NCBI GenBank assembly: GCA_963675665.1
Contig: OY776510.1
Location: 4,800,001-4,864,000, forward strand
Length of the DNA: 64,000 bases
Origin: Spirochaetia bacterium
GTDB taxonomy: Bacteria; Spirochaetota; Spirochaetia; UBA9216
Reading direction: 5' to 3'
The notes below the pieces were generated by a model. The model was given only the letters and a program-made list of their open reading frames with translations. It did not search any database and was not told where the DNA came from. Below are positions 9,135 to 18,466 of this stretch, one piece after another. Made by a program: the position numbers and the translations under genes. Within the stretch, counting starts at the first letter, position 1, and every line of letters starts with the position of its first letter.

Positions 9135-9638
9135 ATGGAAGAAAAAAACTCTTCTGCTGTATCAAGAGTTGAAACTGTACTGAACAGGATTCTTAATTCA
9201 CTTATAACAGTTGTGTTCTTCGTTATCGTCGTTTTAACAATTTTACTGGTCATTCTGAGATATGTATTTAATACGGGGATTATAGGCGGCAACGAACTTA
9301 TGGAATACCTGTTTGTCTATACAACAGCTATAGGTGCCGCAATAGCAATAGGAAAAAATGAACATATACGCATCAACTTTTTCATGGAAAGCAGAGGCCC
9401 GGTATTGAAAAAAGTATCGGATCTGTTCGGGATTGCATGTATAGCCCTGATAAATATTGTTTTTATGTATCTGAGCTATAGATGGATATCCAGGGTCGGC
9501 GGAAATGAATCTCCGGTACTGAGAGTACCAATGAGAATAATTCAGGTCAGCGTACCGGCCGGATGTATTCTTTCGGTAATTTACTGCGGATTTAATACAT
9601 ATAAAATCATCACAAATAAGGGAGATGGAATTAAATAA
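9135..9638 (+). CDS. dctQ: TRAP transporter small permease
   Basis: 4 TM segments; VILRYVF, EL..YL, HIRI, SPVL. Confidence 0.88.
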   Translation: MEEKNSSAVSRVETVLNRILNSLITVVFFVIVVLTILLVILRYVFNTGIIGGNELMEYLFVYTTAIGAAIAIGKNEHIRINFFMESRGPVLKKVSDLFGIACIALINIVFMYLSYRWISRVGGNESPVLRVPMRIIQVSVPAGCILSVIYCGFNTYKIITNKGDGIK

Positions 9639-10912
9639 TGGCAATTTTATTAATCAGTCTTGCAGCACTATTAATTCTGGGTGTTCCCATAGCATATTCG
9701 CTTGGAGTCTCCGGTTTTCTGTATTTCGTAATTCAGCAGCCTGATTTGATATCGGTTCTTCCCCAAAGGTTTTTTGCCGGCATGCAGTCATATTCAATGA
9801 TTGCGCTGCCGCTTTTCTGCCTGATGGGCTCGCTTATGAACGCAAGCGGCATAACGACCAGGCTGATTGATTTCTGCATGCTTATAATAGGCCGCCTGCG
9901 GGGCGGTCTGGGTATGGTTAATGTCTTTGCCAGCATGATATTCGGCGGAATCTCGGGGTCATCGGTTTCAGACACTGCATCGGTAGGCGCCATTCTGATA
10001 CCCGAAATGAACAAAAAAGGATATTCACTTGAGTATGCAAGCGGCATAACTGTTGCTTCATCAACAATGGGAATGATTATCCCGCCCAGCGTTCCAATGG
10101 TCATCTACGCAATGGCGGCTGAAGAGTCAGTGGGAAAACTTTTCCTCGGAAGCGCCATACCCGGCTTTATGATCGGCCTGATAATGCTCGGAATCACTTT
10201 CGGAATAAGCTATACAAAAAAACATCCGCGGGAAGAGCGAAATCTCAACAGAAAAGAAAAACTGATAACCATACAGCGTTCAATTCTGTCAATAATAATG
10301 CCCCTCTTTGTTATAGGATCAGTTGTCCTTGGGATAGCAACTGCAACAGAATCAGCCGGTATCGGCGTTCTGTACGCATTTATTATAGGAACATTCGTTT
10401 TTAAAACACTGAAACTTAAAGATCTGCCGCCGCTGATCAAGGAAGCGGCTATTACCTCTGCCAAAGTAATGATAATCATTGCCATGTCGAAACTGTACAT
10501 CTGGATCCTGGCCATTGAAAGGGTCCCTGATGCTCTCGCTCTTTTTGTCTCGGGTCTGGAGCTTCCGCCTTTTATGATCCTTATAATCATTGATATTATT
10601 ATACTGCTGGCCGGCACTTTTCTTGATGTAAGCCCTGCAATCCTGCTGTTAACACCGATATTCCTTCCCATTGCCCAGCTTCTGGGTGTGGAGGCAGTAC
10701 AATTCGGAGTAATTCTGATATCCGGTCTTGCTGTAGGCCTTGTTACTCCTCCGGTAGGGATGTGTCTTAATGTAGCATCATCAATTTCAGGGCTTGAAAT
10801 CGGAACAATCTTCAAATCTGCAGTACCTTTTTTAACGGCTAATCTGGTGACGTTGCTCGCCATAACTTTTATACCGCAACTAACACTATTGTTGCCATCA
10901 CTTTTTATGTAA
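9638..10912 (+). CDS. dctM: TRAP transporter large permease
   Basis: FGGISGS..SD, IIPPS, TATE, GLVTPPVG. Confidence 0.93.
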   Translation: MAILLISLAALLILGVPIAYSLGVSGFLYFVIQQPDLISVLPQRFFAGMQSYSMIALPLFCLMGSLMNASGITTRLIDFCMLIIGRLRGGLGMVNVFASMIFGGISGSSVSDTASVGAILIPEMNKKGYSLEYASGITVASSTMGMIIPPSVPMVIYAMAAEESVGKLFLGSAIPGFMIGLIMLGITFGISYTKKHPREERNLNRKEKLITIQRSILSIIMPLFVIGSVVLGIATATESAGIGVLYAFIIGTFVFKTLKLKDLPPLIKEAAITSAKVMIIIAMSKLYIWILAIERVPDALALFVSGLELPPFMILIIIDIIILLAGTFLDVSPAILLLTPIFLPIAQLLGVEAVQFGVILISGLAVGLVTPPVGMCLNVASSISGLEIGTIFKSAVPFLTANLVTLLAITFIPQLTLLLPSLFM

Positions 10913-10929
10913 CTTGAAGGAGTTTTATA

Positions 10930-11760
10930 ATGGATATCAGATATCCCGTTCATCCCGATCACGGAAAAAAAATGGATACATCCGAACTAAGGAAAGAGTT
11001 TCTTATTCAGAATCTTTTTGAGAAGGACAAGGCTAAACTTACATACAGTCATGTCGACAGAATTATAACCGCGGGCATTTGTCCGGCTTTAAAACCATTA
11101 TCGCTTGACGGCGGCTCAGAACTTGCAAGTGAATATTTCTTTGAACGCCGTGAAGGCGGCGTTATAAATATCGGGGGGAATGGGGCCCTTGTACTTGACG
11201 GTAAAACCTATGAAATGGAACAGAATGACGGGTTTTACATCGGCATGGAAGCAAAGGAAATATCTTTCTCCAGTAAATCAGCAGACGATCCTGCGAAATT
11301 CTATTTGCTGTCGGGACCGGCACACAAGGCCTATCCGTCCAAATGGATCCCGCTCGCAGAAACAAAGGAAGTACACCTGGGTTCGCTTGAAGAATCCAAC
11401 GAGCGGACAATTCACCAGTATGTACATCCGGCAGTTGTCGAAAGCTGCCAGCTTTGTATGGGAATGACAATCCTTGAACCCAACTGCATCTGGAATACCA
11501 TGCCGGTACATACCCATGAAAGAAGAATGGAAGTGTATATGTACTTTAATATGGAAGAAGACACTGTTGTGTTTCACCTGATGGGAACTCCGGATGAAAC
11601 CCGCCATGTTGTTATGAGAAACGAAGAAGCAATAATATCTCCAAGCTGGTCAATCCATTCAGGTGCCGGGACCAAAAACTACACGTTCATCTGGGGAATG
11701 GTAGGAGAAAACCAGACCTTTACTGATATGGATCATGTTAATATGAAGGACTTAAAATAA
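10930..11760 (+). CDS. kduI: 5-dehydro-4-deoxy-D-glucuronate isomerase
   Basis: YSHVDR, ERREGGVIN, WNTMPVHTHERRMEVY, SPSWSIHSG, WGMVGENQ. Confidence 0.95.
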   Translation: MDIRYPVHPDHGKKMDTSELRKEFLIQNLFEKDKAKLTYSHVDRIITAGICPALKPLSLDGGSELASEYFFERREGGVINIGGNGALVLDGKTYEMEQNDGFYIGMEAKEISFSSKSADDPAKFYLLSGPAHKAYPSKWIPLAETKEVHLGSLEESNERTIHQYVHPAVVESCQLCMGMTILEPNCIWNTMPVHTHERRMEVYMYFNMEEDTVVFHLMGTPDETRHVVMRNEEAIISPSWSIHSGAGTKNYTFIWGMVGENQTFTDMDHVNMKDLK

Positions 11761-11770
11761 GGAGTAAAAA

Positions 11771-12532
11771 ATGATACTGGATGATTTTAAATTGAAAGAC
11801 AAGGTTGCTGTTGTAACAGGCTGTTCAACAGGGCTTGGTCAGGGAATATGCCTTGGTATGGCTGAAGCAGGAGCAAAGGTAGTCGGCGTTGATTACGTAG
11901 ATGCTCCGGAAACTGAAGATATGATCAAAAAAAACGGCGGGCAGTTTCTCGGCATAAAGGCCAACCTGCTTACTACCGAACCTGTTCAGCCAATTATAGA
12001 TCAGGCAATTGCGGAATTCGGCTCACTTAATATTCTTGTAAACAATGCAGGAATAATAAGACGTGAAGATTCCATAAATTTCACGGAAAAAGACTGGGAT
12101 GATGTAATGAATATAAATATCAAAACAGTATTTTTCTTTTGCCAGGCTGCGGCCAAAGTTTTTATGAAACAGGGCTCCGGCGGGAAAATAATCAATATTG
12201 CTTCGATGCTGTCTTTTCAGGGCGGAATCAGGGTTCCTTCATACACCGCGAGTAAAAGCGCTGTTATGGGACTTACCAGGCTGCTTGCCTGCGAATGGGC
12301 GAAGGATAATATTAATGTAAATGCAATTGCTCCCGGTTACATGAATACAAACAACACCGAGCAGCTCAGAAAGGATCCGAAACGATCAGCAGAAATCCTT
12401 AACCGTATTCCGGCCGACAGATGGGGATTACCAAAAGATGTTGCCGGCCCTGCTGTATTTCTTGCGTCTTCAGCGTCAGATTATATAAATGGTTACACCA
12501 TAGCAGTAGACGGTGGATGGTTGGCAAGATAG
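11771..12532 (+). CDS. kduD: 2-dehydro-3-deoxy-D-gluconate 5-dehydrogenase
   Basis: TGCSTGLG, NNAGIIRR, SMLSFQGGIRVPSYTASK, VDGGWLAR; follows kduI. Confidence 0.95.
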   Translation: MILDDFKLKDKVAVVTGCSTGLGQGICLGMAEAGAKVVGVDYVDAPETEDMIKKNGGQFLGIKANLLTTEPVQPIIDQAIAEFGSLNILVNNAGIIRREDSINFTEKDWDDVMNINIKTVFFFCQAAAKVFMKQGSGGKIINIASMLSFQGGIRVPSYTASKSAVMGLTRLLACEWAKDNINVNAIAPGYMNTNNTEQLRKDPKRSAEILNRIPADRWGLPKDVAGPAVFLASSASDYINGYTIAVDGGWLAR

Positions 12533-12548
12533 TGAATTGAAAACAATT

Positions 12549-12574
12549 GCCCGGAGCCCCAACTCCGGGCTTTC
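12549..12574 (+). terminator. Intrinsic terminator after kduD
   Basis: GCCCGGAG-N6-CTCCGGGC followed by TTTC. Confidence 0.6.
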
Positions 12575-12629
12575 AATTTTATAATTAAATGATATAATTT
12601 TCAGGATTTTATAAAATACGGAGAGTTAA

Positions 12630-13391
12630 ATGGCTTCATCTTACACAATACCCGTGCTTGAAAAGACTTTCGCCGTCATTAGATGTATCTCAAATCACGA
12701 TGACGGGTTAACATTGAGTGATATTGTAAAAAAGCTGGAAGCGCCCAAATCGACAGTTTTTAAAATCCTGCATACTCTGGAAAAAGAATTAATTGTAGAA
12801 AAGAAGAACGATCGTTATTTTCTGGGCAGCATGCTCATCCACTACGGGCTGCATACACTTTCACAACGTGATTTGAAAGCTGTTGCAAACCCTTTTTTAT
12901 ACTCTTTGATGGAAGAAACCGGAGAAACCGCACATCTTGCAGTTCCGGTAGGCATGCAAAGCATGATTCTTGACGTAGTTCTCACCACCCATCCCATAAG
13001 ATTCTCCTCCCCGGTAGGAAGCCTTTTCCCGCTGTACTGTACATCACACGGAAAAACAGTTCTGGCATTTACTGAAGACTTTACCGTCGATGAATATCTT
13101 GAGAACAACAGCCTGCTTGTACGCACCGATAAAACAATCACTGATCCGGATGACTTGCGAACAGAAATTGACAAAATTAGAGCACAGGGCTATTCCATGG
13201 ACGAAATAGAATTCGCCGATGACATTCGGTGCTGCGCCGCACCGGTCAGAGACAATAAAGGTAAAATGATAGGAGCTGTCGGAATTACATCGACTGTAAT
13301 AACTTTCAGCGAAGACAGAATTGACGAGATCGCAAAATCCGTTAAAGCAACAGCCAAAAAAATATCAACTGAAATGGGGTACAGGGGATGA
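12630..13391 (+). CDS. IclR family transcriptional regulator (KdgR-like context)
   Basis: HTH PKSTVFKILHTL; TGETAHL, PLYCTSHGK, GYSMD.E, CCAAPV. Confidence 0.92.
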   Translation: MASSYTIPVLEKTFAVIRCISNHDDGLTLSDIVKKLEAPKSTVFKILHTLEKELIVEKKNDRYFLGSMLIHYGLHTLSQRDLKAVANPFLYSLMEETGETAHLAVPVGMQSMILDVVLTTHPIRFSSPVGSLFPLYCTSHGKTVLAFTEDFTVDEYLENNSLLVRTDKTITDPDDLRTEIDKIRAQGYSMDEIEFADDIRCCAAPVRDNKGKMIGAVGITSTVITFSEDRIDEIAKSVKATAKKISTEMGYRG

Positions 13392-13603
13392 ACATTAAAG
13401 CTTTAAAAGTAATCAATATTCTGCTGCTTATAGATTTTCTTGTTATTGGAGTTACGGCGATACTGAATAATATGATACAGGCAACCGGGTTATATTTTAT
13501 ATTTCATGCTGTTCCCGGTTTCCTGTTTCTGGTACTTGCAGTCTGCCATTTAGTTCTAAACAGAAAATGGCTAAAAACCAATTACTTCTCTAGAAAGAAA
13601 TAA
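13388..13603 (+). CDS. Small two-TM membrane protein (DUF4405-like, two His)
   Basis: INILLL...G; FHAVPGFLFLVLAVCHLVLNRKW (H-x13-H, N..W pattern); start overlaps the IclR stop codon. Confidence 0.6.
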   Translation: MNIKALKVINILLLIDFLVIGVTAILNNMIQATGLYFIFHAVPGFLFLVLAVCHLVLNRKWLKTNYFSRKK

Positions 13604-14051
13604 CGGTACTGTCGCGGTACCGGTGCATGGATGTGAAATTATCCCGTGCTCCGTATGCAACTATTACAGGAAGTTTACTTGCCCCGGATCCTGTAAAATC
13701 CGATTTTAAAACTGTAAACTTAACAGTCGTAACTCCGTCCGTTTCTTCTACTTCATAAACAACAGGTCTCTGGATATCTGTTTTCTGATGACCATGCCCC
13801 TTACCAAGATGTTCTTCAAAAAAAGCTTCTCCGTCTTTATTATATCCTATAAATATTGCGGATCCGTCCATTCTTGAACTTCCGAGTCCAACAGCTATCC
13901 AGCCCTTTGTCTCTGCCTTCAGGCTGATAGTCAGCTCATCGCCGTCCAAACCCCATTCAAGGCTGGCTTTTTTAAGTTCAATCAGGTTCTCTGCTGTGAC
14001 AAAACCGGTAATAATGAAAAGCAACAATGATACAATCAACAATTTCTTCAT
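13590..14051 (-). CDS. Exported DOMON-domain protein
   Basis: Signal peptide; L.W, GWIAVG, RMDGS..FIG, IVAYG, terminal MH. Confidence 0.75.
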   Translation of the reverse strand: MKKLLIVSLLLFIITGFVTAENLIELKKASLEWGLDGDELTISLKAETKGWIAVGLGSSRMDGSAIFIGYNKDGEAFFEEHLGKGHGHQKTDIQRPVVYEVEETDGVTTVKFTVLKSDFTGSGASKLPVIVAYGARDNFTSMHRYRDSTVISF

Positions 14052-14165
14052 AATAAACTCCTTATATAGAAAATATTATTAAATTTATAACCGGTCAATA
14101 TCTTTCTTTTCGTGATTGGTTGATCTTCCAATAATCTCCGGAAGACCGAAATGTTTTCGATATAT

Positions 14166-14816
14166 TTATTTAAAATAATAACTGTTCAGATGTATGGATA
14201 CCAATTTTTCAGCCTGCTCAACATTATGCTGATTGACGGCTTCGATGATATCCAAATGGAGGCTGACGCTGGATTTAATAGACTCGGGGGAGAGATCTTC
14301 GATATTCCGTAACAGCTGCACTTTCAGGTCAAGTTTTTCTACAAAATCCTGCAGATATTCATTTCCGGAATATTCCGCCATCTTGCGGTGGAATTTACTG
14401 TCGGCTTCAAAACACAGGGCGACTTCATTTTTTTCAGCATATTCAATAGTTTTTTCAGCTATCTCTCTAAGCTCATGATACTGTTCTTCCGTTATTTTTT
14501 CTGACAGCAGTCTGACGGAAAGCGTATCAAGCTGGATTCTAAGCAATCCTATATCAGTTCTGTCTTCCGGGCGGATTCGGACTACCTCCGCATATTTTCT
14601 TGGATAAATAGTTACCAGGCCGTTCTTTTGAAGTTCACGCAAGGCTTCACGAATAGGAGTTCTGCTGACCCCGAACACATTGCCGATAGCTTCTTCAGGT
14701 ATTCTCTGTCCGCCTTTCAGCTCCTGGGTTATAATCAACCGCTTGATATGGGAATATACCTGTGCTGAAAGATTGCTCTTTTCTATATTTTTTTTTACTT
14801 CCTTCAGATCTGCCAT
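14166..14816 (-). CDS. GntR family (FCD) transcriptional regulator
   Basis: GVSRTPIREAL; D.KFH, SGN, H..I. Confidence 0.92.
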   Translation of the reverse strand: MADLKEVKKNIEKSNLSAQVYSHIKRLIITQELKGGQRIPEEAIGNVFGVSRTPIREALRELQKNGLVTIYPRKYAEVVRIRPEDRTDIGLLRIQLDTLSVRLLSEKITEEQYHELREIAEKTIEYAEKNEVALCFEADSKFHRKMAEYSGNEYLQDFVEKLDLKVQLLRNIEDLSPESIKSSVSLHLDIIEAVNQHNVEQAEKLVSIHLNSYYFK

Positions 14817-14861
14817 ACTGGTTCCAGTATATTGTAACCCGATACTGTTGTAAACTACTTA

Positions 14862-14899
14862 AAAATTCCTGCCTGCCCATCCAGGCAGACAGGAATTTT
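14862..14899 (-). terminator. Intrinsic terminator after the SDR ending the GRE operon
   Basis: AAAATTCCTGCCTGCC...GGCAGACAGGAATTTT inverted repeat. Confidence 0.6.
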
Positions 14900-14904
14900 A
14901 TTAT

Positions 14905-15696
14905 TCAATCCATAAATTTCGGTTGATTGGTATGGGCAGTAAGCGCCCCGTCAACAGCAATATTGGTTCCGCTTACAAAGCCTGCCAGGTCGGAGGCCAG
15001 AAAAAGGACAACTTTGGCGACATCTTCAGGTTCGGCAATTCGTCCCATCGGATACTGTGCTCTGAATATTGAATCACATTTCTCTTCTCCTATGGAAGCA
15101 GCACATGCATCATACATTGCAGTTCTCATTGAACCGGGACAAACTGCATTTACTCTAATATTATCTTTTGCATGATCCAGCGCCATTGCCCTTGTCATGT
15201 TCGTAACAGCACCCTTGGAGGTATTATATGCTACGCAGGCGTAATCTCCAAACAAACCGGATACTGATGAAGTATTTATAATTGAGCCGCCGCCCCGTTT
15301 TCTCATCTGCGGAATAAAAGCCCGCGAAGTAAAAAAGAAACCTCTGACATTAACTGCATTCACAATATCCCATTCGGCTGTTGTAGTATTTTCAGCTTCA
15401 GCTCCTTTCAGAATGCCTGCATTATTGAACAGAACATCACACCCGCCAAATTCCGTCTCAACATAATCAGCAACTGAATTGACTTCGTCTTCTTTCGAAA
15501 TATCTGATTTAATGAAAATAATTTTACCGCTGCTTTCTGATTTAAGTTTCTCTGAAAGAGCTTTTCCGGCACTCTCATTGAGACCGGTAAAAATAACATT
15601 TGAACCTTCACGGGCAAATAAGTTTACAGATGCTGCCCCCAGACCGGATTCACCGCCTATAACAACAACATTCTTTCCCTTCAATCCTGATTCCAT
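14905..15696 (-). CDS. SDR family oxidoreductase
   Basis: GGESGLG, NNAG, SS, YNTSK, VNAVCPG. Confidence 0.9.
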   Translation of the reverse strand: MESGLKGKNVVVIGGESGLGAASVNLFAREGSNVIFTGLNESAGKALSEKLKSESSGKIIFIKSDISKEDEVNSVADYVETEFGGCDVLFNNAGILKGAEAENTTTAEWDIVNAVNVRGFFFTSRAFIPQMRKRGGGSIINTSSVSGLFGDYACVAYNTSKGAVTNMTRAMALDHAKDNIRVNAVCPGSMRTAMYDACAASIGEEKCDSIFRAQYPMGRIAEPEDVAKVVLFLASDLAGFVSGTNIAVDGALTAHTNQPKFMD

Positions 15697-15710
15697 CTGT
15701 CTCTCCTTTT

Positions 15711-16643
15711 TTATTTTCGTTTTAGAAGTTCAAACGCCTTGACTTTCACATTGGCGGCTGTCAGCCCGTAAGCTTCCTGAAGCCATGCAACATCTCCGAC
15801 CTGGCCGAACAGATCGTTTATACCCACACGGGCCATTGGAGTGGGCAAGTTTTCACCAAGAACCTCTGCAACCGCAGAACCGAGACCGTTAATCACCTGG
15901 TGGTTCTCACAGGTTACTATCGCTCCCGTTTTTTCGGCATATTCTATAATCAGTTCAGCATCTATCGGTTTGATCGTATGCATATCGATCACTGCAGCCG
16001 ACACCCCTTCTTTCTCAAGCTCGGCTGCCGCTTTTACCGCCTCCGGGACCATCACGCAGCCGCTTGCTATTATGGTAAGATCACTTCCATCCTTTATAAC
16101 TTTCCCTTTACCCAGCCTAAAAACCTCACCGTCGCTGTAAACTGCCGGGCTTGCCTTCCGGTTCAGCCGCATATAGGTGCATCCTTTATGGTCTTTTGCC
16201 TGAGGAACAAGCGCAGCAAGAGATGCTCCGTCGCAGGGTTCATATACAACCAGCCCGGGGATATTTCTCATAAGGCCAATATCCTCAAAAGGCATATGTG
16301 TTCCGCCGTTAAGCGCCGCAAGAATACCGGGATCGGAACCAACAAGGTTTACATTCTGCTGCGCGTAGTTACCGGACAGGAAAAACTGGTCGTATGCCCG
16401 GCGCGCGGCAAAACATGCAAAAGTTGAGGCAAAAGGAATCTTTCCCGTCGCAGATAATCCCGAGGCTATACCTACCATATTGGCTTCAGCTACTCCGCAG
16501 TTTACTATTCTGTCCGGATAGGCCTCCTTGAACGGTGTAGTTCCGGTTGCCCTCATAAGGTCCGCTTCCAGAAGGACTATTCGTTCATCTTCCTTTGCAA
16601 GCTCAATAAGTGTTTCGGTAAATACCGCTCTCATTTCTTTCAT
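15711..16643 (-). CDS. Transketolase, C-terminal (pyrimidine-binding) subunit, copy 1
   Basis: GVAEANM, RAYDQ, GGTH, MHTIKPID, ENH...GLGSAVAE. Confidence 0.92.
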   Translation of the reverse strand: MKEMRAVFTETLIELAKEDERIVLLEADLMRATGTTPFKEAYPDRIVNCGVAEANMVGIASGLSATGKIPFASTFACFAARRAYDQFFLSGNYAQQNVNLVGSDPGILAALNGGTHMPFEDIGLMRNIPGLVVYEPCDGASLAALVPQAKDHKGCTYMRLNRKASPAVYSDGEVFRLGKGKVIKDGSDLTIIASGCVMVPEAVKAAAELEKEGVSAAVIDMHTIKPIDAELIIEYAEKTGAIVTCENHQVINGLGSAVAEVLGENLPTPMARVGINDLFGQVGDVAWLQEAYGLTAANVKVKAFELLKRK

Positions 16644-17482
16644 TATACCGTCTCCTTCTCAAGCACAGCTACGGCATCCTCTGCTTCTTTCAAATCGAAC
16701 TTCATGTTGTGGCTTGCTACCTGCCCTTCTCCCGGAGCAAAACCTTTCGCTTTTACCGTATCAAGAATTATCATCGACGGCCTCTGAGACTCAGCCTGTG
16801 CATTCTGCACTGCCCAATCCAGTTCCCTGAAATCATGGCCGCTTACCCGCTGTACATACCAGCCGAAGGACAGCCATTTTGATGTAATATCCGAAATGTC
16901 CATTACCTCGTGCATATAACCGTCAAGTTCCATCTTGTTGTAGTCGGTAAAAGCAATAAGATTGCCGAGTTTAAACTGGGCGCCGGCCATTGCAGCTTCC
17001 CAGATTTGACCTTCATTACTTTCGCCGTCGCCTATTATCGTATAAATTGTGTTGTGATATCCGTTCATCCGATCACCTAGCGCCATGCCGATCGAACATG
17101 AAAATCCCTGCCCTAAAGACCCGGTCGTCATATCAATTCCGGGCGTCAGGTTCATGTCGCAATGGCTCGGCAGCCTGGAACCGCCCTTATTCAGCGTTTC
17201 AAGCCAGGATTCGGGGAAATATCCCTTGTCGGCAAGAATGCTGTACAACGAGGGGCCGGCATGACCTTTCGACAGTACAAGCTTGTCCCTGTCAGGTCTT
17301 TTCGGATTGTTCACATCGATGTTCATATGCCTATAGTACAGCAGAGTCAGCGTATCCACTATCGACATCGCTCCCCCTATGTGCCCTACACCGAGGTTTC
17401 CCATTGATAAAATCGTCATTTTTCGTATCTGTTTTGCTTTGGTTTTCAGCTCCGATACATCTTTTTCCGTCAGCATTTCCAT
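16643..17482 (-). CDS. Transketolase, N-terminal (TPP-binding) subunit, copy 1
   Basis: GHIGG, LSKGH, TGSLGQG, GDGE..EG..WEA...N. Confidence 0.92.
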   Translation of the reverse strand: MEMLTEKDVSELKTKAKQIRKMTILSMGNLGVGHIGGAMSIVDTLTLLYYRHMNIDVNNPKRPDRDKLVLSKGHAGPSLYSILADKGYFPESWLETLNKGGSRLPSHCDMNLTPGIDMTTGSLGQGFSCSIGMALGDRMNGYHNTIYTIIGDGESNEGQIWEAAMAGAQFKLGNLIAFTDYNKMELDGYMHEVMDISDITSKWLSFGWYVQRVSGHDFRELDWAVQNAQAESQRPSMIILDTVKAKGFAPGEGQVASHNMKFDLKEAEDAVAVLEKETV

Positions 17483-17488
17483 AACTCA

Positions 17489-18466
17489 CTACTTCCTGTA
17501 CAGAAACCAGCCGTCATTCTCATTTCCGCCGGTTTCTTCCTTATATGTTTTGGTTCCCGAGCCTCCAACGTTAACTGTAAAGCCCCGGGTTTCTGCAAGC
17601 GAAACGCAAAACGCAAGCTGCGCAGCATTTTCTTCTTTCCTGTCCTTCAGCCGATACTCATAATCAAGCATTTCATACTTTGACGAGCCTATCTGATGAA
17701 ACGGCATCAGGTGTATTTCTTTTACTCTGTCCAAACTTTCACAGATATCAAGTATTCCGCTGAATTCAGTCTTGTCATCATTAACTCCCGGTATCAGGGG
17801 TATTCGGGGAATTATCTCTATGTTATGTCTCGAAGCTTTCTTTAAATTTGAATAAATCAGTCTTTTATCCGTTCCAATCCATTTGCGGTGCAAATCGTTA
17901 TTGGCAAGCTTGATGTCATAAAGCAAAAGATCGGTAACGGGTAAAATCTTCTCAAAACTTTCCCACGGCACATGTCCGCAGGTTTCAACAGCTGTACCGA
18001 ACCCTTTCTTCCTAATCACACTGAATACGTCAAAGACAAAATCAGGGTATAGCAGCGGTTCGCCGCCGCTGAACGTAATGCCTCCGCCGGTATTTCTGTA
18101 GACGACTTCATCCTTAAGCACTGTTTCACAGACCGCCTCGGGGCTGTAAAGGCTTCCGGACATCTTGCGGGCGCCGAAATAACAGACATCTGTACATGCT
18201 CCGCAGTCTGTACAGACTGATCGATCTGTAACGGCAATTCCGTTTTTCATTTCTATTGCATTCGCAGGGCAAACTGAAACACAAGCTCCGCAGCCGGTGC
18301 AGAGTGCATTATTCATCATCAGAACAGCAGTATGCCTGAAGGTTTCGGGGTTCTGGCACCAGCTGCACCGCAACGGACATCCTAGAAAAAATACTGTGGT
18401 TCTTATCCCGGGGCCGTCGTGAACCGAGAACCTTTGAATGTTTGATATATAGACTGAATCAGACAC
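17489..18466 (-). CDS. Glycyl-radical enzyme activating protein (radical SAM with 2x[4Fe-4S] insert)
   Basis: HDGPGIRT, GCPLRCSWCQNPE, CTGCGACVSVCP, CTDCGACTDVC, SGGEPL; start uncertain (GTG 18466 or TTG 18481). Confidence 0.93.
   Translation of the reverse strand: MSDSVYISNIQRFSVHDGPGIRTTVFFLGCPLRCSWCQNPETFRHTAVLMMNNALCTGCGACVSVCPANAIEMKNGIAVTDRSVCTDCGACTDVCYFGARKMSGSLYSPEAVCETVLKDEVVYRNTGGGITFSGGEPLLYPDFVFDVFSVIRKKGFGTAVETCGHVPWESFEKILPVTDLLLYDIKLANNDLHRKWIGTDKRLIYSNLKKASRHNIEIIPRIPLIPGVNDDKTEFSGILDICESLDRVKEIHLMPFHQIGSSKYEMLDYEYRLKDRKEENAAQLAFCVSLAETRGFTVNVGGSGTKTYKEETGGNENDGWFLYRK

Noticed and set aside
10210-10962. 250-aa antisense ORF
   Set aside because: Shadow of dctM on the opposite strand; no recognisable motifs
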